DNA of 64,000 nt from Deltaproteobacteria bacterium (lineage in GTDB: Bacteria; Myxococcota; Kuafuiibacteriia; Kuafuiibacteriales; Kuafuiibacteriaceae). The notes below the pieces were generated by a model. That model was not told where the DNA came from. It saw only the letters and a list, made by a program, of their open reading frames with translations, and did no database searches. The translations under genes were made by a program, and so were the position numbers. The stretch's first letter is position 1, and the number at the start of each line of letters is the position of its first letter. Shown here one piece after another: positions 36,683 through 45,252 of the stretch. The stretch is from the NCBI GenBank assembly GCA_040218735.1, contig JAVJQW010000023.1:384001-448000 (forward strand). The letters run 5' to 3'.

Positions 36683-37647
36683 GCCGCTGGCTCTACTACG
36701 CGCTCGGCGGCGGCCTCGGACACCTGACCCGCGCGGTCGCGCTCGCACGCCAAGCGGCGCGGCGCGGCGTCGAGATCGAGATCCTCACGAACTCTCCGTA
36801 TGTTTCCGCGGTCGCGGCGTCCGGCTCTGCGAACCTGCGGCGTTTTCCGATCGACGTCGCGCCCGAACGCGTCCGCGACGCAGTGCGGACGACGCCGTGT
36901 GATGCGCTGATCGTCGATACGTTTCCACGTGGGCTCGGCGGAGAGCTCGCGACGCTCCTCGACGAGCTCACCATCCCGAAGGTACTCGTCCACCGCGATC
37001 TCGATCCGCGGTACGTCCGTGACGTACGCCTCGCCGACCACGTCGCGCGATACGCGCTGGTGCTCGTCCCCGGCGAGGACGCTCCGTTGGCGGCGGCGCC
37101 GAACGCCGTTCGCACCGCGCCGTGGTTGACGCTCGACGCTTCCGAGCTGCTGGCGCCCGACGCGGCGCGACGTGCCCTCGACGCGAACGGCAAGATCGTC
37201 GCGGTCCTCGCGAGCGGGCGTGAAGAGGAAGGCCCGATGTACGCACGCGTCGCGGCGCGAATCGACGCGGCACTCGACGTCGATGTGCGCCTCCTCGTAC
37301 CAACACCGCGCGACGATCTGCCGGAGGCCCGAGCGCTGTGGCCGTTCCTCGCCTACGTTCGTGGGGTCGACGTCGTCGTCGGCGGCGGTGGGTACAACAC
37401 GGTTCAAGAAGCCCGCGCGACGCGGACGCCTTTCGTCGGTATCGCCATGCCGCGCAAGTACGACCGACAGCACGTGCGACTTCGCGGCGACGAGCGCAGC
37501 ACGGAGGAAGGCGTCGTCGAACGCGTCGCGCAGCGACTTCGGAAATCACGACACGATGTCCCGCAGTACGACAACGGCGCGACGCACGCGGTCGAGTTGA
37601 TTGCGGCGCGGCTCGCCGCGTGTCCACTGCGCGACTGCGGTACCTGA
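36679..37647 (+). CDS. GT-B glycosyltransferase (MurG/GT28-like)
   Basis: GGGLGHLTR, VDTFP.G, GGGGYNTVQE, DRQ. TTGA overlap with the upstream gene. Confidence 0.85.
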   Translation: MSRWLYYALGGGLGHLTRAVALARQAARRGVEIEILTNSPYVSAVAASGSANLRRFPIDVAPERVRDAVRTTPCDALIVDTFPRGLGGELATLLDELTIPKVLVHRDLDPRYVRDVRLADHVARYALVLVPGEDAPLAAAPNAVRTAPWLTLDASELLAPDAARRALDANGKIVAVLASGREEEGPMYARVAARIDAALDVDVRLLVPTPRDDLPEARALWPFLAYVRGVDVVVGGGGYNTVQEARATRTPFVGIAMPRKYDRQHVRLRGDERSTEEGVVERVAQRLRKSRHDVPQYDNGATHAVELIAARLAACPLRDCGT

Positions 37648-37684
37648 CGCGGCCGGACTTGGCCACGCGCGCCGTGCGCGTACG

Positions 37685-38344
37685 ATGGACGGAATGGGGC
37701 TCTTCGGTCCTAAGCCGTACCGTCGGCGTGACTCGCTCACGACCGCGACGGAAGCGCAGCGCCGCGGGAAGCCGAAGAAGGCGATCGCCGCTTACCAGCG
37801 AATCCTCGACCACGACGGCGAAGATCCGATGATCCTCCACAAACTCGCCGTGTGCCTCGCGCAGGTTCGACGCGTCGACGAGGCACGCCCCAAGTTCCTC
37901 GCCGCGGCCGCGGGCTACGAAGCGGGTGGGTTCGCGGACAAAGCGCTGGCCGTCTACACCGCGGCCGCGCACCACATCCCGGGTGAGGTCGAGTTCTGGG
38001 AGCGCATCGCGCAAGGCCACTTGCTTCGCGAGCGTCGCGCCGACGCGATCCGCGTCCTCATCGACGCAACGAAGAACTTCGTCGGACGCGCCCGCCGCGG
38101 CGAGCGCATCCAGCTCCTCGAACACGTCCGTACGATCGACACGTGGCACGTCGAAGGCGGCCTCGCCCTCGCGCGCGACCTCGTCGCCGACGGGCAGTCG
38201 GATGAGGCCCGAACGCTCCTCGACGGCCTCGCGGAACGCAACGAAGGCGCGACGCTGAAGAAGGTGCGGTGGGCGGCGTTTGCGCTGCAACCCTCGTTCG
38301 GATCCGCGTGGCGCTGGCTGCGCGCCGCGGTCCTCGGTCGCTGA
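37685..38344 (+). CDS. Tetratricopeptide repeat protein
   Basis: KAIAAYQRIL...LAVCLAQ...EA, ADKALAVY TPR-like helices. Confidence 0.75.
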   Translation: MDGMGLFGPKPYRRRDSLTTATEAQRRGKPKKAIAAYQRILDHDGEDPMILHKLAVCLAQVRRVDEARPKFLAAAAGYEAGGFADKALAVYTAAAHHIPGEVEFWERIAQGHLLRERRADAIRVLIDATKNFVGRARRGERIQLLEHVRTIDTWHVEGGLALARDLVADGQSDEARTLLDGLAERNEGATLKKVRWAAFALQPSFGSAWRWLRAAVLGR

Positions 38345-38417
38345 TCCGGGCGGGCCTTCTCGGACGATGACACGTTGATTGGTCGCATAACCAATTTATC
38401 CCGGCGACGCTCGTCGC

Positions 38418-38999
38418 ATGAACTGGGACGTCCTGTGGTCAGGCCTGTACTGGGCCGGTTGCGTGCTCTGGTTGGCGCCGTTCCTGGAGTTGATACCGGT
38501 CCTCACGCTGTGCCTGTCGTACGCGAGCTTGCGCGTTCGTCGGCGGATCGAGCGCGTCGACCTCGTCGGCTTCGACGGCTACGCAGCGCTGATCCTCATC
38601 GTGGCGAGCCCGCTCGTCGCGATCGGCCTCGGCCTCGTCGGAGCCATCCTCGGGTGGCGCGACGCCCCCTTCGCGTGGGTCCTGCTGGGGTGGTTCGCGG
38701 TCGCGGCGAGCTGCCGGGTCCGCATCCGGGTGATGCCGTACGGCACGTACCACGAGCGCTTCGTCGCGTTCGTCCGGTGGCGCCACCGGCGCCTGCGAAC
38801 GTGCACCGCGTTCTACGACGGCTGGGGTGACTTCATGGATCCCGAAGCGCTCCACGTCGACGACGTCGAGCTGGGATGGGTGGGCCGCAACGGCGACACC
38901 ACGCTCGCGGATCATTTCAACGACGCCGTCGCGCAGATCAGAGGAGACCCGCGCGTCGGCGGAGCCACCACTCCAGGCCCGCCACGACCAGCAACGTGA
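38418..38999 (+). CDS. Hypothetical membrane protein
   Basis: ATG after an AT-rich intergenic region, with 3 hydrophobic segments. Overlaps the convergent gene by 62 bp. Confidence 0.55.
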   Translation: MNWDVLWSGLYWAGCVLWLAPFLELIPVLTLCLSYASLRVRRRIERVDLVGFDGYAALILIVASPLVAIGLGLVGAILGWRDAPFAWVLLGWFAVAASCRVRIRVMPYGTYHERFVAFVRWRHRRLRTCTAFYDGWGDFMDPEALHVDDVELGWVGRNGDTTLADHFNDAVAQIRGDPRVGGATTPGPPRPAT

Positions 39000-41226
39000 G
39001 CAGCGCGAAGAACGTGTCCCAGATCGGAATGCGCCGCGTGCGATCCACCTCGACGCGACGTGCGTCGCGGATCTCGATGTCGCCGAGGCTCTCCGACACG
39101 TCGATGTACCGACCGCCGCTCGACTCCGCGAGCGCACGCATGATCTCCGGCTGCGGGAACGGCGCCGCGAGCTCCACGTCGGCGCTCTCCACGATCACCG
39201 GCTCCGTCGCCCGCCCGACGCGCTCTCCGTTCGCGCGCGCATCGACGCGGATCGCGTACGTCCCCGGCTCGACGTCGCGGAACACCAGCACCGCGCTCCC
39301 CTCCGGCCCCGTGACGACATCCCGCGCGGCCGCGGTGCCGTTCTTCGACTCGACCGGGATCAGCTCCGCGTGCACCTTCGCGCCGGCGACGCCGCGGTAG
39401 TCGGGGCCGAGCACCTTCACTTCGGCGCCCACGGGATCCCCGAGCATCACCACCGAGCGATCCGCCGTCAGGCGCACCCGCGACAGCTCCGGGTCCCGGA
39501 TCAGCCAGCGCAGAGAGTTGCTCCAGAACCGATCGAACTCACGCCCGGCGCTCCCGTCCGCGACCGCGAGGAACCGCCAGAACCACATGCTGTCCGTCGT
39601 CACCGCCATCGTCCGGCCCTGCCCGACCTCGCGGATCGCGACGAGCGGCGGGTTGCCCGGCAGCCCAGGGTGGACGAGCAGCGACTGAGAGCTCGGCATC
39701 AGGCCGAGCGAAGCGTTGAACCCCGCGAGCGGCGGCAGCCGACGATAAGCGGCCTCCGGCGGCTCACCCGGCTCGCCGATTCGGGTGATCGGGTGACGAC
39801 GCCCCTGCCGCGTCAGCCGCGGCGAGAACTCGGCGTTGTCCCACGGGAGCGTCCCGCCGAGACGCACGGGCAGGATGTCCTCGATCGGCGTGCCCGCGTA
39901 GAAGCCGTCCTCGAACGCGAAGTCGCCGCCGATCATCAGGAAGCTCCCGCCCTGCAGCACGTAGTCGCGGATGTTCCGCAGGTAGTGGCGCATCCGGTAC
40001 GGGCGGTAGCTGAAGTTCTGGTAGATGACGACGTCGAACGAGTTGAGCTCCGTCGTGAACAGGTCGTTCACCGGGAAGGGGATCAGCGCGAGCTCCTCCT
40101 GCGGCGCCTTCTGCAGGTCCGTCGTCGAACGCAGGATGAAGAACGAGATGAGGTCGACGTTCGGGTTGCGCTTCAGCAGCTCACGCAGGAAGCGCTCGTC
40201 CCACGACGGGCGCCCCGCGACCTGCAACACGCGGATGCGATCGCGGATGACCTTCAACACCACGCTCTTGGTGTTGTTCGAGTCGACGACCTCACCCGAC
40301 TGCACCGGCACCGAGACCTGATAGACCTGCTTGCCGATCTTCCGCGGCTTGAACTCGAAGGACACCCGCGCGCTGCCGTCGACGATCTTCGCCTCGGTCG
40401 TCTTGATGATCGTGCCGTCCTGCTTGAGCGTCACGGTGACCTGGTCGACGTCGAGGCCACGCTCCTCGAGCTCGACATCCAACGTCACCGTGTTGTGCAC
40501 GAACGCGAAGTCGTCGGAGAGGACCCGCCGAATCGCGAGGTCCGGCGCCGAGGCCTCCTTCGAGAACCCCACCGCGTAGATCGGCGCACCGAGCTTCGCC
40601 GCCTTGCGGCGCGCCGCCTCGACTGTGAGCCCCTGCGTGTCGGCGCCGTCGGAGTACAGGAGGACCGCGCCGAGCTCCCGCCCGGACGACTGCCAGGAGA
40701 TCTCGTTCAACGCCCGCAGCAGATCCGTGCGCCCCTCGTCGGTGGGCAGCGGCGTCGGGAGGCGCTCGACGGGGTGCGTGCGCTCGCCGAAGGTCATCGG
40801 CTCGATCACCGCCTGCTCGGCGAGGGCCTCCAGCCGTCCCCGGTTGTCCTCCAGGTGCTCGGCGACCACCTCCGCGCGGGTCCCGTCGGGCGTCGCGATC
40901 CCCATCGACCGCGAGGCGTCCGCGAGCAACGCGACGCGCGTACGCACGCGCGACACCGCCCGCAGCTCGATGGCCGGCTGCAGCACCACGATCATCACCC
41001 AGACCGCGGCGAGGACGCGCAGCCCGATCAGGATCCACCGCCGCGTCCCGGTGACACGACGCAGCCCGAAGATCGACCCGGCGAGCCCCACCGCGAGCAG
41101 GAGCGCGATCGTGGTCAGCATCCACGGGGCGAGCGTCGTCGTCGCGACGATCTGCCAATCGTTGTAGGCGCCGCTCGTGGCGTCGGGCGCGAGCCACCCG
41201 ACCAACAGATCGACGGGCCCGCTCAC
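38938..41226 (-). CDS. Membrane protein with VWA-like and class I glutamine amidotransferase-like (DUF1355-type) domains
   Basis: LADASRSM, YSDG, GRPSWDERFLRELLK, GGSFLMIGG, GQGR...W.W; N- and C-terminal TMs ending LEWWLRRRAGL. Confidence 0.8.
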   Translation of the reverse strand: MSGPVDLLVGWLAPDATSGAYNDWQIVATTTLAPWMLTTIALLLAVGLAGSIFGLRRVTGTRRWILIGLRVLAAVWVMIVVLQPAIELRAVSRVRTRVALLADASRSMGIATPDGTRAEVVAEHLEDNRGRLEALAEQAVIEPMTFGERTHPVERLPTPLPTDEGRTDLLRALNEISWQSSGRELGAVLLYSDGADTQGLTVEAARRKAAKLGAPIYAVGFSKEASAPDLAIRRVLSDDFAFVHNTVTLDVELEERGLDVDQVTVTLKQDGTIIKTTEAKIVDGSARVSFEFKPRKIGKQVYQVSVPVQSGEVVDSNNTKSVVLKVIRDRIRVLQVAGRPSWDERFLRELLKRNPNVDLISFFILRSTTDLQKAPQEELALIPFPVNDLFTTELNSFDVVIYQNFSYRPYRMRHYLRNIRDYVLQGGSFLMIGGDFAFEDGFYAGTPIEDILPVRLGGTLPWDNAEFSPRLTRQGRRHPITRIGEPGEPPEAAYRRLPPLAGFNASLGLMPSSQSLLVHPGLPGNPPLVAIREVGQGRTMAVTTDSMWFWRFLAVADGSAGREFDRFWSNSLRWLIRDPELSRVRLTADRSVVMLGDPVGAEVKVLGPDYRGVAGAKVHAELIPVESKNGTAAARDVVTGPEGSAVLVFRDVEPGTYAIRVDARANGERVGRATEPVIVESADVELAAPFPQPEIMRALAESSGGRYIDVSESLGDIEIRDARRVEVDRTRRIPIWDTFFALLTLLVVAGLEWWLRRRAGLL

Positions 41227-41254
41227 GGCTGCTCTTCACGCCGACGACGAAGCA

Positions 41255-41995
41255 TCAGCGCCTCCGCTTCAGGATGAACGGCGCGTGCACGAGGTCGTCC
41301 TTGTAGTCGAGGCAGAGCGCGTACATCAGGATGTTGATGCCGGTGCGAAACGCCATCTCCCGCTGCCGCTCACCGCCGGGCGTGACCTCGTACTCCCAGC
41401 GCCCAAACGCGTCGCGCGCCCACGCGCCGGCGAGATCGTTCTGCGAGTAGACCACCGCGTAGCGATCCTCGAGCTTGATCCCCTCCGTGTACGGCAACCG
41501 GATGGTGCGCCCCGCCTGCGTCTCGACGAGGTAGAACGACTTGTAGATGACGTGCGTCGGCGGGATACGCTCCAGCGAAGCGCGCGGGAGGATCCGGTCG
41601 AGCTCACGCCGCACCGACGTGTCGAACGCGCCGCCCGGGTCGGCGTCCGCGCTGTCGATCAGGAGCGTCCCGCCGTACGTAAGGTGACGGCGGAGCAGCT
41701 TCACCTCCGTCTCGGAGAACGCGGGCATCGCGCCCGACCCGCTCCAGTACAGGAACGGGTAGCCGAACATCGCCTTGGCGGCCGGCTTCACGACGCCGAC
41801 CTCCAAGTCCACCTCGATGCTGGTCCGCTGCGTGACCTCCCACAGGAGGCGCCGCATCGCGTTCGGCCGGGTGTTCCAGGTGCCGCGGGTCTCGAGCTGA
41901 CCGACACGGAGGTCGGAGGGTCCGGCGGCGCCGATCAGGAGCGGGGATCCGAGGGATGCGATCGCGCCGCCGAGGAGCTGCCTGCGGGTGAGCAT
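41255..41995 (-). CDS. DUF4159 domain protein (Tat-like signal)
   Basis: TRRQLL, YPFLYWSG, LRRHLTYGG, NDLAGAW, AFRTGINILMYALCLDYKDD.VH. Confidence 0.85.
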   Translation of the reverse strand: MLTRRQLLGGAIASLGSPLLIGAAGPSDLRVGQLETRGTWNTRPNAMRRLLWEVTQRTSIEVDLEVGVVKPAAKAMFGYPFLYWSGSGAMPAFSETEVKLLRRHLTYGGTLLIDSADADPGGAFDTSVRRELDRILPRASLERIPPTHVIYKSFYLVETQAGRTIRLPYTEGIKLEDRYAVVYSQNDLAGAWARDAFGRWEYEVTPGGERQREMAFRTGINILMYALCLDYKDDLVHAPFILKRRR

Positions 41996-42072
41996 GGACT
42001 AGAGGAGGAAACGACCAACGCGGGTCAGATCTTCCGAAGACGGGATCAGCCCGAAGAGGTGAACGCCCCTTC

Positions 42073-43455
42073 TCACCCCGAAGGGGTGAACACGATCGGA
42101 TAGGCGACGAACACACTGCCGCCCTCGGGCCGCGGGAACCGCCAAGACTTGGCGCGCGTCCGAATGCAGCTGACGACCTGGCTGCTGCCCATCTTGTCGT
42201 CGAACTCGATGTTCGAGGTCCGCCCGTTCTCCAGGATCTCGAAGCGGATGGTGATCTTGCCCTTCAGCGAACGGTCACGCTTCAGCGCGCTCTCGTAGCA
42301 GGAGCGGAGCGCCTTGAGGTTACGCCGCATGACGCTGGCGATCTGCGCCTCGGACAGCTCACCGTCGACCTCCGGGGCCTCCGTCTTCGCCGTACCCGTC
42401 ACCGCCGCCTCGGTCTTGCCGCCGGTCTTCACGCTGCCGCCGCCCTCGGTGCCGAGGTCGCCGATGCCGACGCCCTCACCGGAGCCGCCACCACGCGTGC
42501 CCGACGCGCCACCGCTGTCCGCGATGTCGACGCCCTGGATCCCGGAGAACGCGTCCCCGAGACCACCGACCGCGCCGCCGCCCTCTTCGAAGACGTCCGC
42601 GAGCGCGTCGCCTTCGCCACCTTCACGGTTGGCGCCGAGGACTCGGAGCAGGCCCTTGCCCGCGACCTTCTTCGAGATCGCGTCCTTGCGCGCACGTGCC
42701 GCCGCTTCCTTGTCGACGGGCTCGTTCGACTTGCCCGCGTTCTTCTTGCCGGTGTCCGCCTTCTTCTTCGGCTCTTCCTTCTTCTTCGGCTCCTCGGTCT
42801 TCTCCTCGCCGCCCGTCGCGTCCGCGATGACGTCCTTCGGAGGCTCGGGGGGCCGGTCCGGCATGATGAGCCGCTGGTAGCTCTGGTCGATCTGCTCGAT
42901 GGAGGTCGGCTCGATGTACGGCAGGCTCCGCGCGTACGTGACGATCGAGATCTGCAGCAACGCCACCACCACGAAGATCGCGGTGAACTGTGCGTCGATG
43001 TTCTGCAGCAGCGAGCCGCGAATCTCCGGCGGGAGCCCCGGCCGCACCGGCGCCGCCACGGCGGTCTTGAACTGGAAGAGGACCGTGACGTCCCCGATGA
43101 TCACCTTGCCGCGCGACGAGTCGTTCAGCTTGACGGCGTCGCCCTTGCGGTTGACGGCGCGACCCTCGCGCTTGAGCTCGTCGAAGCTCTTCACCTTGTC
43201 GCCGGTGATCTGGATCCGCCCTTCCATCTCGGGCGTGTAGCGGAGGAAGTAGTCCTTCCCGTCGTAGTCGAACAGGTCGAACGTCTTGGGCATCGCGTCC
43301 GACGCCACCGAGAAGGTCACCTTCTCGGACGTGCCGACGGAGACCGTCTCGCGCTTCTTCATCTCGCGCTCGTCGACGATCTTGCCCTTTTGGACGATGC
43401 CGATGCGGAGCACCTTCGGCCCGCTGGGCCCACCGCTCTTCTTGGACGTGCTCAT
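42073..43455 (-). CDS. GltG/PglI-like protein: cytoplasmic FHA-like domain, TM, linker, TonB-C (AgmX/PglI)
   Basis: IGDVTVLFQF, a single TM, a Lys/Glu/Gly-rich linker, and SCYESALKRDRSLKGKI...FPRPEGGSVFVAYPIVF. Confidence 0.85.
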   Translation of the reverse strand: MSTSKKSGGPSGPKVLRIGIVQKGKIVDEREMKKRETVSVGTSEKVTFSVASDAMPKTFDLFDYDGKDYFLRYTPEMEGRIQITGDKVKSFDELKREGRAVNRKGDAVKLNDSSRGKVIIGDVTVLFQFKTAVAAPVRPGLPPEIRGSLLQNIDAQFTAIFVVVALLQISIVTYARSLPYIEPTSIEQIDQSYQRLIMPDRPPEPPKDVIADATGGEEKTEEPKKKEEPKKKADTGKKNAGKSNEPVDKEAAARARKDAISKKVAGKGLLRVLGANREGGEGDALADVFEEGGGAVGGLGDAFSGIQGVDIADSGGASGTRGGGSGEGVGIGDLGTEGGGSVKTGGKTEAAVTGTAKTEAPEVDGELSEAQIASVMRRNLKALRSCYESALKRDRSLKGKITIRFEILENGRTSNIEFDDKMGSSQVVSCIRTRAKSWRFPRPEGGSVFVAYPIVFTPSG

Positions 43456-43504
43456 GACTGTTCCGTCACCCCAACCAACCCGCAGGTTCCCTCGAATCGC
43501 ACCC

Positions 43505-43765
43505 CTAGAAGGGGGCCTTCTCCACGGATTTGATGATCTTCGGCACGAAGCTGTTCTTCAGCTCCAGGCCCTCGAAGTTCAGGTTCGAACGCTGCAGGAT
43601 GTAGAAGGCCTGCGGCTTTTGGATGCGGCCCTCGATCCGAACCTCGCGGATCCGGACCACCCGACGCCCCGACTGGGCGTAGGCCTCGACACTGCCGAGC
43701 AGAGCCCCGCCCAGCACCGTCGCCATCAGCATCCCTTTCAACACTCGAACCATGGGGTACCTCAC
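43505..43765 (-). CDS. GltF/CglF-like small exported protein
   Basis: Signal peptide, then IEGRIQKP...L.R...SFVPKIIKSV. Sits between the GltE-like and GltG-like genes. Confidence 0.8.
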   Translation of the reverse strand: MRYPMVRVLKGMLMATVLGGALLGSVEAYAQSGRRVVRIREVRIEGRIQKPQAFYILQRSNLNFEGLELKNSFVPKIIKSVEKAPF

Positions 43766-45252
43766 TTCGCCTCGCCAGGCGAGTCAGCCTCGTCGGTCTT
43801 TGCACCGCCGGGGGCCGATTCCGCCTCCTTGGCCGCGGCTTCTGCCGCCTCCGCCGCCTTCTTCGCTTCACGCAGCTTGCGGCGCTCCTCCGACTTGATG
43901 CGGCGCTCCTCGTTCGAGTAGCCGCGCTCCGCTTCGGAGATGAAACCCTCCACCCGCTGCTTGCCCTCGGCGTCCAGATCTCCGGAGGCCTTGTCGAGGT
44001 ACTGCGTCAGGTAGTCCTTCGCGGTCGTCCAGCGCACCAGCCGGTCCACCTTGGGGAGGTGGTTGTCGAGGTGGAGGATGCCGAGGTTGTAGAGGACCGC
44101 GTACGCGCTCGGGTCCAACGACTGCGCCTTCTTGTACGCCGTCTCCGCCGCCTCGTACTGCTTGTTCCCCTTATAGGCGTTGCCGAGGTTCAGGTACGCC
44201 TTCGCGAAGTCCGGGAACAGCGCGATCGCGCGGTTCAGCGACGCGATCGCCGCCTCGTAGTCGTGCGCCTCCACGAAGAGCGCGCCGAGGTTGTTGTGCA
44301 CCTCGGGCAGGTCGTCGCGCAGCTCGCTCGCCTTCTTGAACGCCTCGACCGCCTCCGTCTTCTTGCCGGCCGACAGGTACACGAACCCGAGGTTCGAGAA
44401 GATCTTCGCCTCGTTCGGATCGATCTCCCGCGCCCGCTTCAACACGGTCGTCGCCAGCTCGTGCTGACCGCGCCGGAAGAACACCGTCGCCAGGTTGAGC
44501 AACGCGCCGACGTTCCGCTCGTCGACCTTCAGGATCTTCTTCGCTTCCTTCTCGGCCGCCGGCAGCTTCGCACCCGCGAGCCACACCGACGTCAGCCGGT
44601 TGCGCAGCCCGAGGTCCCCGGGGAACTGGCGGATCGCCTGCAGGAGGATCTGCTCGGCTTCGTCGAGCTTCTCCTGGCGCACCATCAGGTTCGCGAGGTT
44701 CTCGTACGCGGCGAAGTACTGGGCGTTGGCGCGAATCGCCGCGCGGTACTGCTCCTCGGCCTCCGCATAGTTGCCCATCCGCTCGTGGATGATCGCCGCG
44801 TTGTAGTGCGCGGCCGCGAACTGCGGATCCGTGTTCGCCGCCTTCAGGAACTTGTCGAGCGCAGCGCGCGGACTCGAGCTCGCGACGCGGATGCCCTCGA
44901 GGACATCGCTCTTCGCGGCCGGCGCCGGCTGGTGGGTCGGCGGAGCGCGCTTCGTGAACGCCGGCTTCGGCGGCGGCGCGGGCGGCGGCGGCGGTGCGGC
45001 CGCCTCCGTGCTGGCCTCCTCCGCCCCCTCACCCGCCGGCGTGGCGGGCGCCTCGGCGGGCGTCTCTGCCGGCGCTTCGGCGGGCGCCTCGGCCGTCGAC
45101 TCGGTGTCACCGCCGATCGCGGGCGTCTCCGCCGCACCTTCGGCCGGCGGAGGCGTCGCCTCGATCGCCGGGGTCTCGTCGGTCTTCTGCTGGCTCGCAC
45201 ACGCTGCCGGCATCAGCAGCGCGGCGGACATGAGAATGCGCTTCAGCATCAT
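43762..45252 (-). CDS. GltE/AglT-like TPR lipoprotein
   Basis: Lipobox PAA-C, an Ala/Pro linker, and multiple TPRs (HNNLG, YLNLGNAYKG, YNLGIL). Confidence 0.85.
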   Translation of the reverse strand: MMLKRILMSAALLMPAACASQQKTDETPAIEATPPPAEGAAETPAIGGDTESTAEAPAEAPAETPAEAPATPAGEGAEEASTEAAAPPPPPAPPPKPAFTKRAPPTHQPAPAAKSDVLEGIRVASSSPRAALDKFLKAANTDPQFAAAHYNAAIIHERMGNYAEAEEQYRAAIRANAQYFAAYENLANLMVRQEKLDEAEQILLQAIRQFPGDLGLRNRLTSVWLAGAKLPAAEKEAKKILKVDERNVGALLNLATVFFRRGQHELATTVLKRAREIDPNEAKIFSNLGFVYLSAGKKTEAVEAFKKASELRDDLPEVHNNLGALFVEAHDYEAAIASLNRAIALFPDFAKAYLNLGNAYKGNKQYEAAETAYKKAQSLDPSAYAVLYNLGILHLDNHLPKVDRLVRWTTAKDYLTQYLDKASGDLDAEGKQRVEGFISEAERGYSNEERRIKSEERRKLREAKKAAEAAEAAAKEAESAPGGAKTDEADSPGEAK

